Shown here: piece after piece, positions 59,640 through 64,000 of the stretch
Numbering within the stretch: position 1 is the stretch's first letter
How the letters are laid out: each line of letters begins with the position of its first letter
Source: Diadema antillarum
Taxonomy: Eukaryota
Assembly: GCF_040938485.1 (NCBI RefSeq)
Contig: NW_027272210.1
Coordinates: 310,001 to 374,000 of the forward strand
Direction: 5' to 3'
Length of the DNA stretch: 64,000 bases
Made by a program: the position numbers and the translations under genes
Notes under the pieces: model-generated
Told to the model about the DNA's origin: nothing
What the model saw: the letters and a program-made list of their open reading frames with translations, nothing else
The model's database searches: none

Positions 59640-61873
59640 ATTAGTGAAATTGATATTGGGCTATGCACCCTGCTCTGTGTGATGAATGAAGTGAGATCTT
59701 TTACCTGCATGAGTAGTGACTCTCTTACACATTGGATCTCCAGTTTATTGCATGTCTTATCCGAGGGACAGAGTGTTTTGTCTCTTATTCTCAATACACA
59801 AAACACTGCTCAGTAAGACTAAGCAATCAAACATTTGGCTGTGGTGGCAGACATGCTATAAACTGAGCCAACTCACCGCCCTGGATTTCAGTTGGGTAAT
59901 GACAAAAATGCAAATATTACCATAAAAGGTATGTCTGAAGTATTGCAATCTTGGATGACACCCAATGATGGTTGCTATGTGATTTATAAAAATCATTAGC
60001 ATTGATTAATAAATGGCCACAGCATAATCCATCATGCGAGAGGGTATTGCATGCTGCCTGTTTGCTGCAGGCAATGCAATACATTGTAGATGTACTACTG
60101 CTAGGGCATGATTCAATCATTATGTACTAGTAACAGTTGATACCTAGCCACTATTGAACTGGAAAGGCACTTCAGTAATAAAGTCATGTGCTACGATTGA
60201 AATTATTCCACACTTTTGATTTCAAAACGATCAAAATGATTGATTATCTTGGCAATCTATCACAGCTTTCTTGGTAGGTACTAGGTAGAAATTTTTGCAA
60301 GCATATTCAAAGTTTAAAATATGAATTTTGAGCCTGAAAATGCACTTGGTGGAGTCAAGTGATCTGCACATCCCTTCTTTAAATCATGTAGAACTATGAG
60401 ACTTTCCTCCTGATGGTATTCATGAAATTAAATCTCCATCAATAAAGCACAGGATTCGCAAAGTAATCTTTATTGAATACACATACCGGGTATTAGATAT
60501 CAAAGCTACAGTTTACAGCCCTGCCTCTACCAAAAACTGAAAGTCTCATAAATGATTTATTTGGCGAATGAATCTGCTCTGACTGCGCAATAACATTTCT
60601 GTGTTAGAGAACACATTCTAGAATTACACCTATGATTATTTCATACAATGACTACCTCCCCAGAGGAGACATAATAGTGAGACATGCAGTGTAACTTGTA
60701 GTCATGACAACGGACCATCAATCACGGACCTTACAAAAATATTATTGTCACTGTCAATTCCTGTGCGAGGTCATTGCAACTCGTGGCTTAATACCTGTTC
60801 CTGCACGCACAGCTACTTAACTTTAGAGCTTTCCATTTTGCATCTGGTAACTGGAACAAGCTTAAAGACATAAAAACAAACATGGTCCTATGCACTCATT
60901 CCTGTGGCACATTGTGTGAAGAATTTATACCATTTGCTGGCCATTGCTGATCACCTGCGGGTGTGATGAATTACAAGGGGTCTGGAACATCAGTCGTCTG
61001 TGTGTAGGGAGGGACCATTTTGAGTGTGCATCCTACTCCTTGCGAAGAGGAATGTGGTGGGATCTTCTGCATACATGAGTCAAGACTTCTTCTTGAATCA
61101 GACCTCCATTTCACATCTGGTCCAATTTAAGGACAGTGTTTTTGCCTCTCGCTAGACGGAAGGGTGCAGCGTGATGGCAGACAAAACTGCTCATACCAGT
61201 TCGACTCACATAGCGCAAAAACCTAAAGCTTCAATCTTTAGTGCAAGACAGACTGGGATACAGTGAACGAGAAAGCCACCTCATATTGCCCTTATGCATG
61301 GTGTCACAAGAGTGCAATCTGATCGACTTAAGCGAACTTTCTGTGAGTACAACACTTGTACACTTATTCTTTCAAGACTGAGATAAGGACATTTCAACCA
61401 TTGGGTCAGCATGTGATTGTTGGACTAGCTTAGTAATACTGGATACTGACAGTTAAGATATGAATATATCACAACATGATACTGTTCAAGAACTAGATGA
61501 CATTTTTGTACCTCACAACCAGCAATCTGAGCATATTACATAGGCCTAGATACTCTCTGCAAACATATTCCAGTCTTCTATCAGAGCAATCTTTCCTCAC
61601 TAATGAATATGCAGGTGTGCCAATAACTGCAAGAGGTCATTGCAAAATATGCTGCTGGGACTATATACTCATTGACATTTGAAATATATATGCACTCTAG
61701 AACTGGAAGCAGCTACATAGTGCTATTTGCAGTTCTGTGAATTCCTGCAGCAGCAATCTGATGATATTCCTGTAGACTGCATACATTCAACAGCTTGCTT
61801 TAATACCCAGCAGAGTTTGATAGTGCTGCCATATTTTTGCAGGAAGCTAAAGTAATACCATTTTGAGGGCACC

Positions 61874-64000
61874 ATGACTGCCGTAAGGATGCACTCCTCA
61901 ATATGTGCTCTGTGCTGCATTCTACTGATGCTGTGGGTGGTGTTCCTACTGTCGATGTCAGCTGCCTCCCCACCAAACCAGATGATGTCTCTCCAACGCA
62001 ACTGCTGCTCCTATGAAGAGACCAGCCGAGTCATCAAGGTCTACTGCAATCATTGCCATCTGAAGTCAGTTCCCCAAGACCTCCCAAACAGGACGATCAC
62101 TTTAGATTTATCATACAACCTTATAACGCAATTACAAAATTACTCCTTTGCACCCGTCTGGAATCTAGTCACCTTAAATTTGAAGAAAAATGCAATCTTT
62201 CATATTGAAAATGCTGCTTTCACACCTCTCATTCATCTCAAAATATTATCTCTTTCAGGAAATAAGTTGACACAAATTCAGCCTGGGTTACTATGTTCTA
62301 ATAAGAATCTCGGTCTCTTAGATTTAGGAAATAACTTGTTTACGTTTGTACCTGTAACTGCAATAAAAAACTTATCAAACTTAGAGACATTGATTCTAAT
62401 GAAAAATTCAATACAATCCTTTGATTTTCAGTCAGTTTCACGGTGGAAGAAAATATCTGAAATAAACTTGTCATTGAATAATATTATATCCATTCCTCAT
62501 CATGCTTTTCTGCCATTACAAAATAACTCCCTGCGCATTTTAGACCTCAAGTATAACAAAATAAATGAAGTGACACCTGGGGTATTCTCGGACCTCACAA
62601 CCGTTAATTCTCTTTTACTTGATGTTAATCATATTAACAAATTTGAAGTGCTAGCATTCATGGGCAGCTTAAAGATTAAGAAACTGACCCTAATTGGCAC
62701 TTTGCTAAAGGAGATAATTCCACTGAACAAGTCTACATGTGATACAGTTCCCATACCTCACATAATGAAAATTGAGTTGACTGGCAATGAAATAGTTGAA
62801 ATCCCTCACTATGCATTTTGTGGTTTTTATCACACTGTAAGTCTTTTGATACAGAAGAACAGGATCACAAATATTGCAAACACATCTTTTTGTGGACTTC
62901 ATTCATTGCAAATCCTGGACATATCTGAAAATCATATTTCTTCTCTGCCACTGGGTGCATTTCACTGCAATGAAAACCTCCTCCAGTTGAACATTTCCCA
63001 TAATAAAATTCTCATATTGCATCCTGGCTCCTTCATACAGCTGTCTATGATACAACACCTTGATCTATCTAATAACATGATTTTCTCCTGCAATTACAGA
63101 CTTTGGACCACTAAAACTCTGCTCACTTTAGACATCTCTTTCAATAGTTTAGATAAAATTCCTCACAGCATGTTAAGGGGACTCACAAATCTCAAAGTTC
63201 TAACTGTGTCTCACAACAAGATTAGAGGATATTCTCCTTTTTTATTTGCACACACACCAAATTTGCAAGAGTTGTATCTGATCTCAGAAGAAGCGTCTTA
63301 CCTGTGTGAAAATTTCCGTGACATGACTTACTTACAAATACTGGATCTGTCATATACAAAACTTGCATTGAATTCCACACATCAGTTTACTGGAGCCGAG
63401 TCACTGCAAAAACTTCATTTGCGTTTCAACAATTTAGGAAGTGAAAGTTTGTTTGATACCCAAACAAACCATTCCTTGTTTGCTGGTCAAGCAGTACTCC
63501 AGGGGCTGTACCTGCAGGGAAATTCCTTGAACAACATGGAACCTGGAACCTTCAGTTCACTGACAAGCCTGAAATCCTTGGATATCTCTGACTCTGAGAT
63601 CAAAGTACTGAAACCAGGACTATTTAACAATTTGACTTCCTTGACAACATTGTATCTAAGGGGTAACCCAATTAAAGAGCCATCTGCAAATACCCTGTAT
63701 GGTCTCCACAGTCTCAGAACTCTTTTCTTTGAAAAGAGTTCAGTTAGGTCTTTGCCAATCACACTGTTCAATGACACACCTCATCTTTTTAAACTATTTC
63801 TATCTGAGAATCACCTCAGCACCATATTTCCTGGTACATTATTTCCTACCACTATACACTTAGATTTATCACAAAACCCACTCTCATGCACATGCGATTT
63901 AGCATGGTTCAGAAAGTGGGTTGAGCTAAGCAATGTTGTCCTTATGCAATCAAATAAGACTGTTTGCTCAAGATCCTCTTTTGAAACTTTAGTCAATCAT
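61874..64000 (+). CDS. TLR: Toll-like receptor (TLR-D), 5' 709 codons, runs off the right edge
   Basis: It is missing from the ORF track because there is no stop inside the window. Manual translation from the ATG at 61874 is open through 64000 and collinear without indels with TLR-C codons 1-709 (offset 13527 bp), ending FETLVNH in the LRRCT. Confidence 0.93.
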   Translation, partial: MTAVRMHSSICALCCILLMLWVVFLLSMSAASPPNQMMSLQRNCCSYEETSRVIKVYCNHCHLKSVPQDLPNRTITLDLSYNLITQLQNYSFAPVWNLVTLNLKKNAIFHIENAAFTPLIHLKILSLSGNKLTQIQPGLLCSNKNLGLLDLGNNLFTFVPVTAIKNLSNLETLILMKNSIQSFDFQSVSRWKKISEINLSLNNIISIPHHAFLPLQNNSLRILDLKYNKINEVTPGVFSDLTTVNSLLLDVNHINKFEVLAFMGSLKIKKLTLIGTLLKEIIPLNKSTCDTVPIPHIMKIELTGNEIVEIPHYAFCGFYHTVSLLIQKNRITNIANTSFCGLHSLQILDISENHISSLPLGAFHCNENLLQLNISHNKILILHPGSFIQLSMIQHLDLSNNMIFSCNYRLWTTKTLLTLDISFNSLDKIPHSMLRGLTNLKVLTVSHNKIRGYSPFLFAHTPNLQELYLISEEASYLCENFRDMTYLQILDLSYTKLALNSTHQFTGAESLQKLHLRFNNLGSESLFDTQTNHSLFAGQAVLQGLYLQGNSLNNMEPGTFSSLTSLKSLDISDSEIKVLKPGLFNNLTSLTTLYLRGNPIKEPSANTLYGLHSLRTLFFEKSSVRSLPITLFNDTPHLFKLFLSENHLSTIFPGTLFPTTIHLDLSQNPLSCTCDLAWFRKWVELSNVVLMQSNKTVCSRSSFETLVNH

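Larger units (their letters stand above)
42805..64000 (+). repeat. Tandem segmental duplication C/D: about 42805-51450 vs about 51450 to beyond 64000
   Basis: 51450-51829 plus 55505-56520 match 42805-44180; 56520-58230 matches 44180-45850; 58345-58435 plus 59640-64000 match 46025-50473. Confidence 0.9.

Noticed and set aside
29914-63996. Many minus-strand ORFs overlapping the TLR genes
   Set aside because: They are antisense shadows of Leu/Ser-rich TLR coding sequence, repeated because the TLRs are paralogous.
1-64000. tRNA, rRNA or prokaryotic defence systems
   Set aside because: No recognisable signatures; the window is intron-rich animal DNA.

Overview
Eukaryotic (metazoan) genomic DNA with GT-AG introns, AT-rich, with one 141-N assembly gap. 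The TIR-domain style of the receptors and the repeat types suggest an echinoderm, probably a sea urchin (inference). From left to right: (1) two coding exons of a dCMP deaminase gene (minus strand) that continues off the left edge; (2) 14 in-phase exons (about 570 aa) encoding the C-terminal half of a WDR49/WDR95/WDY-family WD40 protein on the minus strand, whose N-terminal exons I could not find anywhere in the window; (3) a plus-strand tandem cluster of four Toll-like receptor genes with uninterrupted coding regions. TLR-A has one 1-bp frameshift, TLR-B and TLR-C are intact, and TLR-D is open to the right edge. The cluster arose from two tandem duplications (A/B and C/D) and carries many DNA-transposon MITEs, whose empty sites are visible in the paralogous copy. 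The two strongest leads are that the TLR array may be nested antisense inside one very large intron of the WD40 gene, and that TLR-C and TLR-D form an identity mosaic (near-identical promoter and LRRCT, much older LRR core) suggestive of ectodomain exchange or gene conversion. All identity figures are by-eye counts; no database searches were run.
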